A stretch of DNA of 52,150 nucleotides, from the NCBI GenBank assembly GCA_031362565.1, contig JANLSU010000123.1:1-52150 (forward strand). Reading direction: 5' to 3'. The translations under genes were made by a program, and so were the position numbers. Positions 1 to 9,629 of the stretch are shown here, piece after piece. This stretch comes from a bacterium (GTDB lineage: Bacteria; Krumholzibacteriota; Krumholzibacteriia; G020349025). The notes beneath the pieces are model-generated. The model saw only the letters and a list, made by a program, of their open reading frames with translations. It was not told the DNA's origin and made no database searches. Each line of letters begins with the position of its first letter. Position 1 is the stretch's first letter.

Positions 1-112
1 GAGTGCGGGTGGGCGAGTCGCGAGGAGCCGGAGGCCCGGAGGGCCGAGAGGCGACGAGCGAGGGAGTGAGCCGACAGGAGGTCGGCGAACGACCGCGAGC
101 CCACCCGCACTC
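1..112. repeat. Intergenic palindromic (REP/MITE-like) element with 14-bp terminal inverted repeats and internal hairpins
   Basis: GAGTGCGGGTGGGC (1-14) is the exact reverse complement of GCCCACCCGCACTC (99-112). Internal hairpins: GGCCC-GGA-GGGCC (33-45) and GCCGAC-AGGAG-GTCGGC (70-86). Lies just downstream of the stop at 155 and may extend beyond the window edge. Confidence 0.55.
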
Positions 113-154
113 GCCGCGCCCAAGCCCCGCCAACTCCATTCCGCCGCCGCCGCG

Positions 155-2260
155 CTACCTCAGCAGCGTCATCTTGCGCGAAGTGTTCAGGGTTGGGGTG
201 CGCAGCCGTGCCACGTAGATGCCCGCCGCCATGCGCTGCCCACGATCGTCCGCACCGTCCCAGTGCACGTGGTGGTCGGCGCGCTCCGGAAGCACGCCGT
301 CGACCAGGGTTCGTACCCGCCGGCCGGCGATGTCGTACACCACCAGAAGCACATGCTCGGCCCGCGCCAGGCCGAAGCGAATGTCGGTGCCGGGCCGAAA
401 GGGGTTCGGCTCGTTCGGCAACAGGCCGCCGTGCAACTCGTGCTGCGGCGGAGCGTCGCTCGGCGTGTAGACATCGACCAGGATGCGCGCATCCGACGGC
501 GGCACGGTTTCGACTCGCACCGCCGCGCCGTTGAACACCGGCGACCCGGGAATCGACAGGCGGTAGTAAGTGCGGCCCAGATCGACCGTGCGCGTTTCAC
601 TCGTGTAGTTGAGCAGCACCACACCATGATCGAAATCCCGGCGATAGATCGGCTCTTCGCCGGAACGCAGCGACACGTCATCCACCCAAATGGTCCCAAC
701 CTCCTCCAGAAAGAAATTGAGACCCGCGAGCGAATTGGCCGAGGCAAGAAACGGCACCTCGAAATGCTGCCATTCGGCCGTGAGTGGGATCTCCTGGTCG
801 CCGAGACAACGACCGTTGGGGCAGATGTCGGAATACAGATGCGTGGTCATGGTGTGCGCGCCGTTGGCCTTGGCCCAGAAGGAGAGAACGTATGACGTCC
901 CGCCCAGAACCGGCACGGTCTGCCAGATCTTGAACGAACCGCCGGGCTGCACTGCCGTCACCGTCATACGCGCTGCCCCGGGACCCGAGTGCGCAACGGT
1001 CCAATCGCGTTCGAACGTCCCGGTCGCATTCGTTCCCTGCGCCGTCCAGCCGGCGGTGAAATTCGTGAATGAGCCGTTCACCACAAACTCGATGATGGTC
1101 GACGACTCGACCCGCTTCGCCGGCCCTTTTGGGTACCCCAGGTACCCGGTTCCGCGCCCGGCGTGATCGTATTCCGGTTCCCACCACAGGGCACCGTGGC
1201 CGGCGGTCGCGGCGTCGAGACTGTAATACCCGTCGCCCAGCAGTGCCGAGGCGAGCGTGAAGCGCTTGTGACGTTCGAACTCGGCGCTCCGGAACGGCGC
1301 CACATCCGTTCCGGTCCATCCCGCGTTGAGGATGGACGCTCTGTAGGGGGCGGGCCGAAACGGCGCCGCGAGATAGCCCGAGGGCACCGTGAACATCGGT
1401 GCCATCCATTTGTAGCCATAGCGGTTGCCGGGATCGGGGACGCCAGGGCCTTGCGCGAAGCGTTCGTACATCGTGCCGTTGATCCACGGGAAATAATCGC
1501 TCGCGCCGTTCGAGAGGATCGCGAGCGGCCGGCCGCGGCGGCTCGACTCGGCGCGGTCGAACCGGCGGCGTACGTCGCCCGCAAACACCGTCATCGCGTG
1601 GTTCCACTGCGCGTCGAGTTCTGCCGGTGAATCCATCCGGCCGTCACAGCCCGCGGGGTTGGAGCTCGGGCTGCAGTCCGAGTCGACGTGAATCGCGCCA
1701 CCCTGTTCCCAACTGATGCTCTTCCAGAAGTTATCCAAGAAGACGCCGTCGAGCGCCGGCCGCTCGTTCATCAGCACCTCGAGCTGCATCGAAAAGTAGT
1801 TGCGCCATTGGCCGAATGGGCCGGTGGAACAGTGGTCCGTGACATTGACCATGCGTGTGCCCGGCCAATCCGACGCGACCGACCCGTCGGTGTTGCGCCA
1901 CCACATGTCATGCGCTTGGGCGTAGTCGTAGTTGCCGCGCCGCCACGGATCGCTCGCCGCCGGCGGCACCGCCATGCAGTAGGGGCACACGTAGTAGAAG
2001 AGCTTGATGTCCGGGTTCAGGGTCCGCAACGCCCGGAGCTCCGCGTCGGACCACACCGAGTCGAGGACCAGGAGATTCCAGCGCGCCAACGCCGGAATGT
2101 CTGCTGGATCGACCGAGCCGTGGAGATAGACGTTGGCGAGCCGTGGATACGGTGGACCGGCCTGCGCTGCGCTGCGCGATGCGCTGCAAAGCATCAGACT
2201 CGAAGCTACCGCCAGGGCACCAAAAACTTGGCGCCCGCGGCTCGAAGGGCCGCGGTTCAT
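155..2260 (-). CDS. Secreted putative glycoside hydrolase (GHL15-like) with CBM4/9-like domain and C-terminal FlgD/T9SS-CTD-like Ig domain
   Basis: Signal peptide (MNRG...FGALAVASSLMLCSASRSAAQA). Motifs PYPRLAN, LNPDIKLFYY, DGVFLDN, RFTLASALLGDGYY, WWEPEYD, RRDFDHGVVLLN. CBM-like VNGSF...YVLSFWAKA...WVDDVSL. C-terminus PNPFRPGTDIRF...YDIAGRRVRTL...WDG...KMTLLR. Start refined from the ORF track (alternative 2275). Confidence 0.75.
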   Translation of the reverse strand: MNRGPSSRGRQVFGALAVASSLMLCSASRSAAQAGPPYPRLANVYLHGSVDPADIPALARWNLLVLDSVWSDAELRALRTLNPDIKLFYYVCPYCMAVPPAASDPWRRGNYDYAQAHDMWWRNTDGSVASDWPGTRMVNVTDHCSTGPFGQWRNYFSMQLEVLMNERPALDGVFLDNFWKSISWEQGGAIHVDSDCSPSSNPAGCDGRMDSPAELDAQWNHAMTVFAGDVRRRFDRAESSRRGRPLAILSNGASDYFPWINGTMYERFAQGPGVPDPGNRYGYKWMAPMFTVPSGYLAAPFRPAPYRASILNAGWTGTDVAPFRSAEFERHKRFTLASALLGDGYYSLDAATAGHGALWWEPEYDHAGRGTGYLGYPKGPAKRVESSTIIEFVVNGSFTNFTAGWTAQGTNATGTFERDWTVAHSGPGAARMTVTAVQPGGSFKIWQTVPVLGGTSYVLSFWAKANGAHTMTTHLYSDICPNGRCLGDQEIPLTAEWQHFEVPFLASANSLAGLNFFLEEVGTIWVDDVSLRSGEEPIYRRDFDHGVVLLNYTSETRTVDLGRTYYRLSIPGSPVFNGAAVRVETVPPSDARILVDVYTPSDAPPQHELHGGLLPNEPNPFRPGTDIRFGLARAEHVLLVVYDIAGRRVRTLVDGVLPERADHHVHWDGADDRGQRMAAGIYVARLRTPTLNTSRKMTLLR

Positions 2261-2555
2261 ATGTCGCATTTCCATCCAAGGATCTGTGGACCGCAGGAAT
2301 GAAGCCGTTCCACTCCGGAAGTCGCGCCGCTTCGGAAGAGCCTGGGGGCTCGGTCTTTCGGCGGCTGCGAACCGATCGGTGGAACTCTGCGTCGCACGTA
2401 GAATGTCGAGATTTTTGGCACTGTTTGTCAACAGAACTTGCAGAAAGGGTTCGGAACCTCGGAAGAATGACGAGCCCGCGGTGCGCGCTTCCGATGCGTG
2501 TCGCAAGGACCGCAGTGGGTTTTTTGACTCGCAGCCGCGCCGCGGTGCGGCCGCG

Positions 2556-2585
2556 TTGACGCGGCGCCCCTGCGTCGGCGACAAT
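2556..2585 (+). promoter_or_regulatory. Candidate sigma70 promoter for the 2657 gene
   Basis: TTGACG-N18-GACAAT, about 70 nt upstream of GTG 2657. Confidence 0.35.
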
Positions 2586-2656
2586 AGAGCGTGTTGTCGC
2601 GGCCACGCCGGGCCGAAGACACTGCACCCCTGGGCCTCACAGCGATCGAGAGAGCC

Positions 2657-4783
2657 GTGCCACGCGCCCTCGTCTCCGCCATTCTGGCCGTCGCGCTCGG
2701 AAGCGCCGTCTTTGCGGCCGTTCCGGCACGGGCCCAACCGCCGCTTCCCTACCCGCGGCTCGCCAACATGTACTGGCCGGTTTTCGTGGACAGCACGGTC
2801 GTCGACGCCATTGCGAAATGGGACGTCGCCGTCGTGAATTCGGTGTGGACGGACGCCCAGCTCGCACGGCTGCGCCAGAAGAACCCCAACATCAAGATCT
2901 ACTTCTACGTCATCGCCTACACGGTGGAGCTGCCGCCTGCTTCGAACGACGCGTGGAAGATCGGCAACTACAACTACGCGCTCGCGAACGATCTGTGGTG
3001 GTACGACAAGAACGGCGCCGCCGGTTCGGACTGGCCCAACACCAGGATGTGCAACGTCACCGCGCTGTGCCCGTCCGGCCCACAGGGCACGTGGAAACAG
3101 TTCATCGCGGCCCGCATCGAACAGCTCGTGGCGTCACACCCGGATCTCGACGGCGTATTTATCGACAACTACTGGGAGCAGCTTTCCTGGCAGCAGCAAT
3201 TCCGGCAGCTCGACTCGGATTGCAATCCAAGTCATAACCCTGCCGGTTGCAACGGCGTCGCCGACAGCAATGTCTATCTCGATTCCCTGTGGAACGCCGC
3301 CCTGCGGGAGATTTCCGCCGACGTGCGCGCCCGCTTCGATCTCCTGCAGACGGGACGGCCGCGGCCGCTCGCGATCCTGACCAACAACGCCACGGACTAT
3401 TTCGAGAATCTGAACGGCGCGATGGTGGAGTACTTCCCATCCGCCCACAGCAATGTCGATTACGACAACCTCTACGGCTACAACTGGAACGAGGAAATGC
3501 TCGGCTGCCCCGGCGGTTACTTGACGTCGCCGTTCCGCTCGAGCCCGTACAAAGTGCAGATTCTGAACGGTGACTGGTGGGGATCGCTGTGGTCGCCGGC
3601 GCACGGCGAAGACTTCGAGCGCCACAAACGATTCACGCTGGCTTCGGCGCTCTTGGGCGACGGGTACTACAGTTTGGACGCCGGGCAGGCGTTCGGCCAT
3701 GGCAACATCTGGTGGGAGCCCGAGTACGATCACGCCGGCCGCGGCAAGGGCTGGCTGGGCCAACCTCTGGGTCCGGCGGTGCGCATCGTGCAGCCCACTG
3801 GACCCGAGATCCTCCTGAACGGCGATTTCTCGGCCGGCCTCGGCAGTTGGAATGCGTTTCCGTTCGATGGCGCGGTTGGCGCCGTCAGCGTCGACACCGC
3901 CGAGTTCCACTCGGCGCCGGCGTCCCTGCGGTTTCAACTCACGTCCACCGGCGCCGGCGGCACGGGGTTGCTCAAGTTGTGGCAAGACCCGGTGCAGGTC
4001 GTGCATCACCAGGCCTACACGCTGCGTTTTTGGGCCAAGTCCTCCACCGAACGGCAGCGTCTCGACTTCCACTTGTACTCCGACGGGTGTCCAAACCTGC
4101 GCTGCTGGGGTGACCGGCGCTTTTGGATTCCGACCCAGTGGACGCTCATCGAAATGTCCTTCGACGCCAAGGCGACCGCCGCATCGGGGCTCAACATTTT
4201 TCTGAAGAACCCCGGCACCGTGTGGCTCGACGACATCTCATTGCGAACCGGCGACACGAGCGTGTTCCGGCGTGACTTCGAGAAGGGCGCCGTGCTGCTC
4301 AACTACACGACCCAGAATCGAACCGTGGATTTGGGCGGGACGTTTTGGCGGCTCAACGTGCCGCTTTCCGGCCTCTACGACGGCGCACGCGTCACGTCGG
4401 AGATCGTGCCGCCTTCGGATGCCCGCTTCGTGTTGCGTGACTCCGCGCTGGCACTGCCGCGCGACACGACGGGCGTGACCGACGTCGCGCCGGGTGCGGG
4501 CGCGCCCACGGTCTTGGAGCAGAATCAGCCTAACCCCTTCAATCCGAACACGGAAATCCGCTTCCAACTCGCCGCCGAAGAGCGGGTCGAACTAGCGGTG
4601 TTCAACATCGCTGGACGGCGCATCCGCACGCTGCTCGCCGATCGAGTTCCCGGTGGCGTGATGGTTCGCGTCCGTTGGGACGGAACCGACGACGCCGGCC
4701 ATTTGCAACCATCCGGCGTTTTCATGTACCGGCTGGCGACACCGACCGCGATCCAGACCCGCAAGATGGTGCTGGTGCGCTGA
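2657..4783 (+). CDS. Secreted putative glycoside hydrolase (GHL15-like) + CBM4/9-like + FlgD/T9SS-CTD-like domain; paralog of 155..2260
   Basis: GTG start after GAGAGAG. Signal peptide ending PARA-Q. Same motif series as the divergent gene (PYPRLAN, DGVFIDN, FERHKRFTLASALLGDGYYSLDA, WWEPEYDHAGRG, RRDFEKGAVLLNYT, PNPFNPNTEIRF, KMVLVR). Confidence 0.75.
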   Translation: MPRALVSAILAVALGSAVFAAVPARAQPPLPYPRLANMYWPVFVDSTVVDAIAKWDVAVVNSVWTDAQLARLRQKNPNIKIYFYVIAYTVELPPASNDAWKIGNYNYALANDLWWYDKNGAAGSDWPNTRMCNVTALCPSGPQGTWKQFIAARIEQLVASHPDLDGVFIDNYWEQLSWQQQFRQLDSDCNPSHNPAGCNGVADSNVYLDSLWNAALREISADVRARFDLLQTGRPRPLAILTNNATDYFENLNGAMVEYFPSAHSNVDYDNLYGYNWNEEMLGCPGGYLTSPFRSSPYKVQILNGDWWGSLWSPAHGEDFERHKRFTLASALLGDGYYSLDAGQAFGHGNIWWEPEYDHAGRGKGWLGQPLGPAVRIVQPTGPEILLNGDFSAGLGSWNAFPFDGAVGAVSVDTAEFHSAPASLRFQLTSTGAGGTGLLKLWQDPVQVVHHQAYTLRFWAKSSTERQRLDFHLYSDGCPNLRCWGDRRFWIPTQWTLIEMSFDAKATAASGLNIFLKNPGTVWLDDISLRTGDTSVFRRDFEKGAVLLNYTTQNRTVDLGGTFWRLNVPLSGLYDGARVTSEIVPPSDARFVLRDSALALPRDTTGVTDVAPGAGAPTVLEQNQPNPFNPNTEIRFQLAAEERVELAVFNIAGRRIRTLLADRVPGGVMVRVRWDGTDDAGHLQPSGVFMYRLATPTAIQTRKMVLVR

Positions 4784-6555
4784 TGCCCCGCACCGATCCG
4801 CATTCCTGCTTCGACGACGCGCAGCCGCGCACCGAGCGTCTCGACCTCGATCTCACGGTCGATTTCGCCGCCCGCTGTTTGCACGGTACCGCAACGCTGA
4901 CCTTCGGCTCTCAAGACGGTGGGCCGGTCGACCTCGACACACGCGGTCTCAAAATCGCGGCGGTTCGACCCGCCGCCGGGCAGCCGGTTGATTTTTCGAT
5001 CGGTCCAGAAGACCCGATTCTCGGACGCTGCCTGCGCGTCGAGTTGCCCCCGGGCGCCGGGTCGATCACGGTCGAGTACCGCACGGCACCGGACGCTTCG
5101 GGACTGCAATGGCTCGAGCCGGCGCAAACGGCGGGTGGACGGCATCCGTTCGTCTTCAGCCAATGCCAGGCGATTCACGCCCGCAGCGTCGCGCCCCTCC
5201 AGGATTCGCCGGTCGCGCGCCTGCGGTACGGTGCGGCGCTCACGGTGCCGAGCGCACTGGCGGCCGTCATGTCGGCGGGATCGACCGGAGCGAGCGACGA
5301 CGCCGGCGGCCAGCGCACCTTTCGGTTCGAAATGCCGCAACCCATCCCGCCGTACTTGCTGGCACTCGCGGTCGGCAATATCACGTCGCGCGACTTGAGT
5401 CCTCGCTCCCGGGTCTGGGCGGAGCACGAGGTTGTCGACGCGGCGGCCTGGGAATTCGCCGCCGTCGAGTCCATGATCACGACCGCCGAACACCTCTTTG
5501 GACCGTACGACTGGGAACGCTACGATCTGCTCGTTCTGCCACCGTCGTTTCCGTATGGCGGCATGGAGAACCCGCGCATGACGTTCGTGACGCCGTCGCT
5601 CTTGGCCGGCGACCGGTCGCTCGTCGATGTCGTGGCCCACGAACTGGCGCACTCGTGGACCGGAAATCTCGTCACCAATGCCAATGCCGAACACTTCTGG
5701 CTCAACGAGGGTTGGACGGTTTGGGCCGAGCGCCGCATTCTGGAGGCACTGCACGGCACCGAAGCCGCGGCGCTCTCGTGGGTACTTGGAGCGGCCAGCC
5801 TGCGACAATCGTTGGACCGCCTCGGGGCCGATTCACCGCTCACCCGTCTGCGCACGCATCTCGAACAGGTCGATCCGGACGAGGTCTTTTCGAGCGTTCC
5901 GTACGAAAAGGGCGCGCGGCTTTTGGCGCTGCTCGAAGCGACCGTTGGACGCGCGCGCTTCGACCTGTTCGTGCACGCGTACATGCAGCGCTTCCGATTC
6001 ACCTCGATCACGACCGAGCAATGGCTCGAATTAGTCGCCGCCGAGCTGCCCGGAGCACTGGAACAAATCAACGCCCGCGAGTGGATCGAGGGCACGGGCT
6101 TGCCCGCCAACGCGCCGCAATTTCATGCCGTGGTACTCGATGCAATCGAGACCCAGGTGGCGGCGTGGGTGGCCGTCGGCGGTGCGCACGCGCCACCGCC
6201 GCCGCAGCCGGCCTGGAACAGCACCGAATTACAGGTCTTCCTGCAACGGCTGCCGCGGCCCTTGCCGGCTGCCGCGTGTGCCGCCCTCGAATCGGCCTTC
6301 GGTCTCGCGGCGCCGCGCAACGCCGAGATTCGGTGCGAATGGCTGACCATCGCCGCCGCGTCCGGTTACGAACCGGCGTTCGACGCGATTCGCGCCTTCT
6401 TGTGCAGCATCGGCCGGATGAAGTACTTGCGGCCGTTGTACACGGCACTCGGCGCAACGCCGCAGACGCGGGCGCTCGCCCGTTCGATCTTCGCCGCCGC
6501 CGCGCCGCGTTATCACATCACGGCACGCCGCATGGTCGAGCGTTTGGTCGGGTAA
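4783..6555 (+). CDS. M1 family Zn aminopeptidase (leukotriene A4 hydrolase-like)
   Basis: GGMEN exopeptidase motif, HELAH-x18-E (WLNEG), VPYEKG, C-terminal GRMKYLRPLY. ATG overlaps the upstream TGA (TGATG). Confidence 0.9.
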   Translation: MPRTDPHSCFDDAQPRTERLDLDLTVDFAARCLHGTATLTFGSQDGGPVDLDTRGLKIAAVRPAAGQPVDFSIGPEDPILGRCLRVELPPGAGSITVEYRTAPDASGLQWLEPAQTAGGRHPFVFSQCQAIHARSVAPLQDSPVARLRYGAALTVPSALAAVMSAGSTGASDDAGGQRTFRFEMPQPIPPYLLALAVGNITSRDLSPRSRVWAEHEVVDAAAWEFAAVESMITTAEHLFGPYDWERYDLLVLPPSFPYGGMENPRMTFVTPSLLAGDRSLVDVVAHELAHSWTGNLVTNANAEHFWLNEGWTVWAERRILEALHGTEAAALSWVLGAASLRQSLDRLGADSPLTRLRTHLEQVDPDEVFSSVPYEKGARLLALLEATVGRARFDLFVHAYMQRFRFTSITTEQWLELVAAELPGALEQINAREWIEGTGLPANAPQFHAVVLDAIETQVAAWVAVGGAHAPPPPQPAWNSTELQVFLQRLPRPLPAAACAALESAFGLAAPRNAEIRCEWLTIAAASGYEPAFDAIRAFLCSIGRMKYLRPLYTALGATPQTRALARSIFAAAAPRYHITARRMVERLVG

Positions 6556-6558
6556 CGA

Positions 6559-9438
6559 TCAGCGCAAGAGGACGATGCGCTTGGCGAGGCGAACGCCGGG
6601 CGCTTGGAGTTCCGTCCAGTAGACGCCGGAGGGCAGCGCCGTGCCACGCCGGTCGCGCGCATCCCAAACGACGGCATGCGTGCCCGCGGCCCGCGGTGCA
6701 TGGTCGAAGACCACCGCGACACAACGTCCGTGCGCATCGAGAACCCGCAAGGTCACGGGCATCGCCTGCGGCAGGTCGAAGCGAATCGTCGTTGTCGGAT
6801 TGAACGGATTGGGTTGCGCGCCGTGGAGCACGACGCGGGCCGGCAACGCGGTGTTCACGACCCATGGCCCGAACATCTGCATCGCGCCTTGCGCGTCGGT
6901 GCCGGCAAGCCGATAGGCGTAGCTGCGTCCTGCCGCCGCCGACGTATCGTCGAACTCGAAGGCGCCGTGCGCATCCCCGGCCACGACCGGGGCAAGCGGC
7001 GCGAACGGTCCAAGCGATTGATCGCCGCGTTCGACGGCAAAGCGCGTCCCCGGACTCGCCCGCCACTCGAGGCGCACACCGCCATCCGGATTCGCATGCG
7101 CCGCAAAGTCTTGCAGCGCGATCCCGACGACATCCGCGTGCACGTCAACCTGCCGTGACTGCACCTGCGAACTCCGGTCGCTCGTCACGACAATCGAGAG
7201 GTGTGCGACGGTCAGAGCAAACGGCTCCGAACCGACGATGGGATCGAACGACCACGGAATCTGGGCGCCCGCGGCTACCGGTCCGACCGTCCAAGTACTG
7301 TCGGGAATCAAGTCCGAATCACTGAGAATTTGCACTTGGAAATGCGCCGTGCCGTACGGCGTGTCGTTCTCCAACGTGCCCGTAAGTCCGAGCGATCGGC
7401 CGGAACGGGCGCTGATCGCCGATGGGGCGTTGAATTGGAAGCCGGTCTGCAGCTTGCGGTACCGCACATCCGGGTCGCCGGTCTGCCCGTCGGCCCACAC
7501 GAGATGCAACTGGTTGCCGGCGACCGCGGGCCGGAACTGGTCGCCGAAGTTCGGTACCACATCGGCGGGCACCTGCCACCAGGACGACACATCGGTAACG
7601 CGAATCGCGGCCACGAAGGACTGTCCACCGTCGAAACTCGAAGCCAGCATGACATCCGCGAGGACGCGGCTGCGTGGGTCGAAGCGGCGGTCGTACCACG
7701 CCACGTGCGCCGCGCCGTCGCCATCCACGAGGATTTCGGGATAGGCTTGATCGGTGAATCCGGTGTCATCGTTGACGCGCACCTTGGGTGTCCAACCGCT
7801 GACGCCATCGGGCGACGAAACGACGACAATATCGCGGTGATCGATCGCGGTCGACGGCAGGGTCGCTTGGGCGCGCCGGAAGTACCCGACGTACGGACCC
7901 GTCACGCTGTTCTCGCGGTAAAGGGCCACGTAATATGTGCCGGCCACCGGTAGCGTGAATTGGAAGAGCACCTGCTCGCCGGGATTGCGCATGCTGGCAG
8001 CCAGAGTCGTGTCGGCGCCGCCGCCGGTCGCATTCGGCCAGCGCAGCGTGAGGCGCATCGACATCAAAGGCGTCAGGCCGGTCACGACCATGCGCACGTG
8101 ATCGCCGGCCTGGCCGTCGAAACGGTACCAATCGGAGTAGTCACCGCTGGTAAGGCTGCCGGAGATGTGCCAGCCGAATTGCCCCGGTGCGGTTGCCGGC
8201 AGCACCTGCGCGTCCTGGGGAGCGCCGTTCGGAGATGTCGTCTCGGCAACGTCGATGAGCGGACCGGTGAAATCGCGCAGCACGGCGTCATGCCAGGCCA
8301 GGTAAACGCGGCCACGGTTCGGCCCTGTCGAATGGTCGACCGCGATGCTTGGATACTCGACGGATTCTTCCTCGCGGTTGGCACCCGGCGGGCCGGAGAA
8401 CCACGACTGCACGACCGGTGCGACAACGACCGGCGGCGAGAACGTCACGCCCCAGTCGAGCGAGCGCGAAATTTTCTGCACCCCGGGTCCCTGGCCCTCG
8501 ACGCCGAAGATGCCGCTCTCCCAGACGCAATAGACTTCGCTATTCGGTCCGACCGCGACCCGCGTCCCGGATTGATTCACGCCGGCGACTTCCGGCTGCA
8601 CCACGACCCGCTGCCGCACGTGCGAACCGTTCTGATCCAGCGTCACGACCTCGATGGCACCGGCGGCTGTAGTGAGATTCGAGTACGCCACATAAAGACG
8701 GTCATGCGCCGTATCGATCGCCAAGTGCGGCGTGTCGAGCTTCAGGCCAACGCCGCCCGCCAACATCCAACCGGGACCCCACACGAGCGTGTTGCCGACA
8801 AACTGGCCGCGATGCAACACGCATCCCAAGTCCCCGGTGCCGGGGCCCCCAGTGCCGTTGCCACGGTCGAGCTCGCTCAGGCAATACCAGCGTCCATAGC
8901 CGTCGGTGAGCAGCGTCGGATCGCCGAAAACGAGCCGCGGGGCGGTGAGATTCGGCAGCGAACCGCCGTCCACCCACGTCTGCCCGCCGTCGAGTGAGGT
9001 CGCGAAACCAGTCGCGGTTCCACTTCCCCACAGGCCGCGTGAATCGGTGAACGCGCAAACGAGTGTGTCACCACACGAAGCCACCGCGGGCTCCATCTGG
9101 GTGTTGCCATTGCCGGCGAATTCGCCAGCGGGATTGTTGACCGGCACGCTGTTGATGGCATTGATGCGCGGCTGCAACAAGGTGGGTGCGTTGAGCGCGG
9201 TGAGCGCTGCGAGCATCGGCGGTGCCACTTGCACGGCGTTATGGCGCCGCACTCCGATCGGCAATTGGATGGTTTCGCCCGGCTCCCACGTGACCACCGC
9301 GCGGACCGGCACGACGGCATTGGCCGCCGCCGGAACCCGTGGCGTTGCGAGCAGGAGAATTGCGGCGGCGAGCGCGTTCCGTGTCACGGAGCGCCGGCCG
9401 GCGTTGGCAACGAGCACGAACCCTCCCACTCGCGACAT
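6559..9438 (-). CDS. Secreted Asp-box (BNR/sialidase-like) beta-propeller protein with inserted PPC-like domain and C-terminal FlgD/T9SS-CTD-like domain
   Basis: Asp-boxes SLDGGQTW, SLDWGVTF, SPDGVSGW, SFDGGQSF. PPC-like DWYRFDGQAGDHVR...LPVAGTYYVAL. C-terminus PNPFNPTTTIRFDL...WDARD...SGVY...KRIVLLR. Start uncertain (9438, 9417 or 9387). Confidence 0.7.
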   Translation of the reverse strand: MSRVGGFVLVANAGRRSVTRNALAAAILLLATPRVPAAANAVVPVRAVVTWEPGETIQLPIGVRRHNAVQVAPPMLAALTALNAPTLLQPRINAINSVPVNNPAGEFAGNGNTQMEPAVASCGDTLVCAFTDSRGLWGSGTATGFATSLDGGQTWVDGGSLPNLTAPRLVFGDPTLLTDGYGRWYCLSELDRGNGTGGPGTGDLGCVLHRGQFVGNTLVWGPGWMLAGGVGLKLDTPHLAIDTAHDRLYVAYSNLTTAAGAIEVVTLDQNGSHVRQRVVVQPEVAGVNQSGTRVAVGPNSEVYCVWESGIFGVEGQGPGVQKISRSLDWGVTFSPPVVVAPVVQSWFSGPPGANREEESVEYPSIAVDHSTGPNRGRVYLAWHDAVLRDFTGPLIDVAETTSPNGAPQDAQVLPATAPGQFGWHISGSLTSGDYSDWYRFDGQAGDHVRMVVTGLTPLMSMRLTLRWPNATGGGADTTLAASMRNPGEQVLFQFTLPVAGTYYVALYRENSVTGPYVGYFRRAQATLPSTAIDHRDIVVVSSPDGVSGWTPKVRVNDDTGFTDQAYPEILVDGDGAAHVAWYDRRFDPRSRVLADVMLASSFDGGQSFVAAIRVTDVSSWWQVPADVVPNFGDQFRPAVAGNQLHLVWADGQTGDPDVRYRKLQTGFQFNAPSAISARSGRSLGLTGTLENDTPYGTAHFQVQILSDSDLIPDSTWTVGPVAAGAQIPWSFDPIVGSEPFALTVAHLSIVVTSDRSSQVQSRQVDVHADVVGIALQDFAAHANPDGGVRLEWRASPGTRFAVERGDQSLGPFAPLAPVVAGDAHGAFEFDDTSAAAGRSYAYRLAGTDAQGAMQMFGPWVVNTALPARVVLHGAQPNPFNPTTTIRFDLPQAMPVTLRVLDAHGRCVAVVFDHAPRAAGTHAVVWDARDRRGTALPSGVYWTELQAPGVRLAKRIVLLR

Positions 9439-9629
9439 CACCCGCGAGTAAACGACAGTAGCGTGGGAGGCAAGCATCCGAATCGTCGGCGAAGCGAGTC
9501 GCGGCCCAAACGGCAAGTGGGCTCGCGAAGCGCGACTCCGGACGCATCCCTCGAGCCACGGCGGCGGGCGCGAGAAGAAGCCTGAGACACCCCAACTATA
9601 CCATGTGGAAGCACGTTAGAGGGTTTGGT

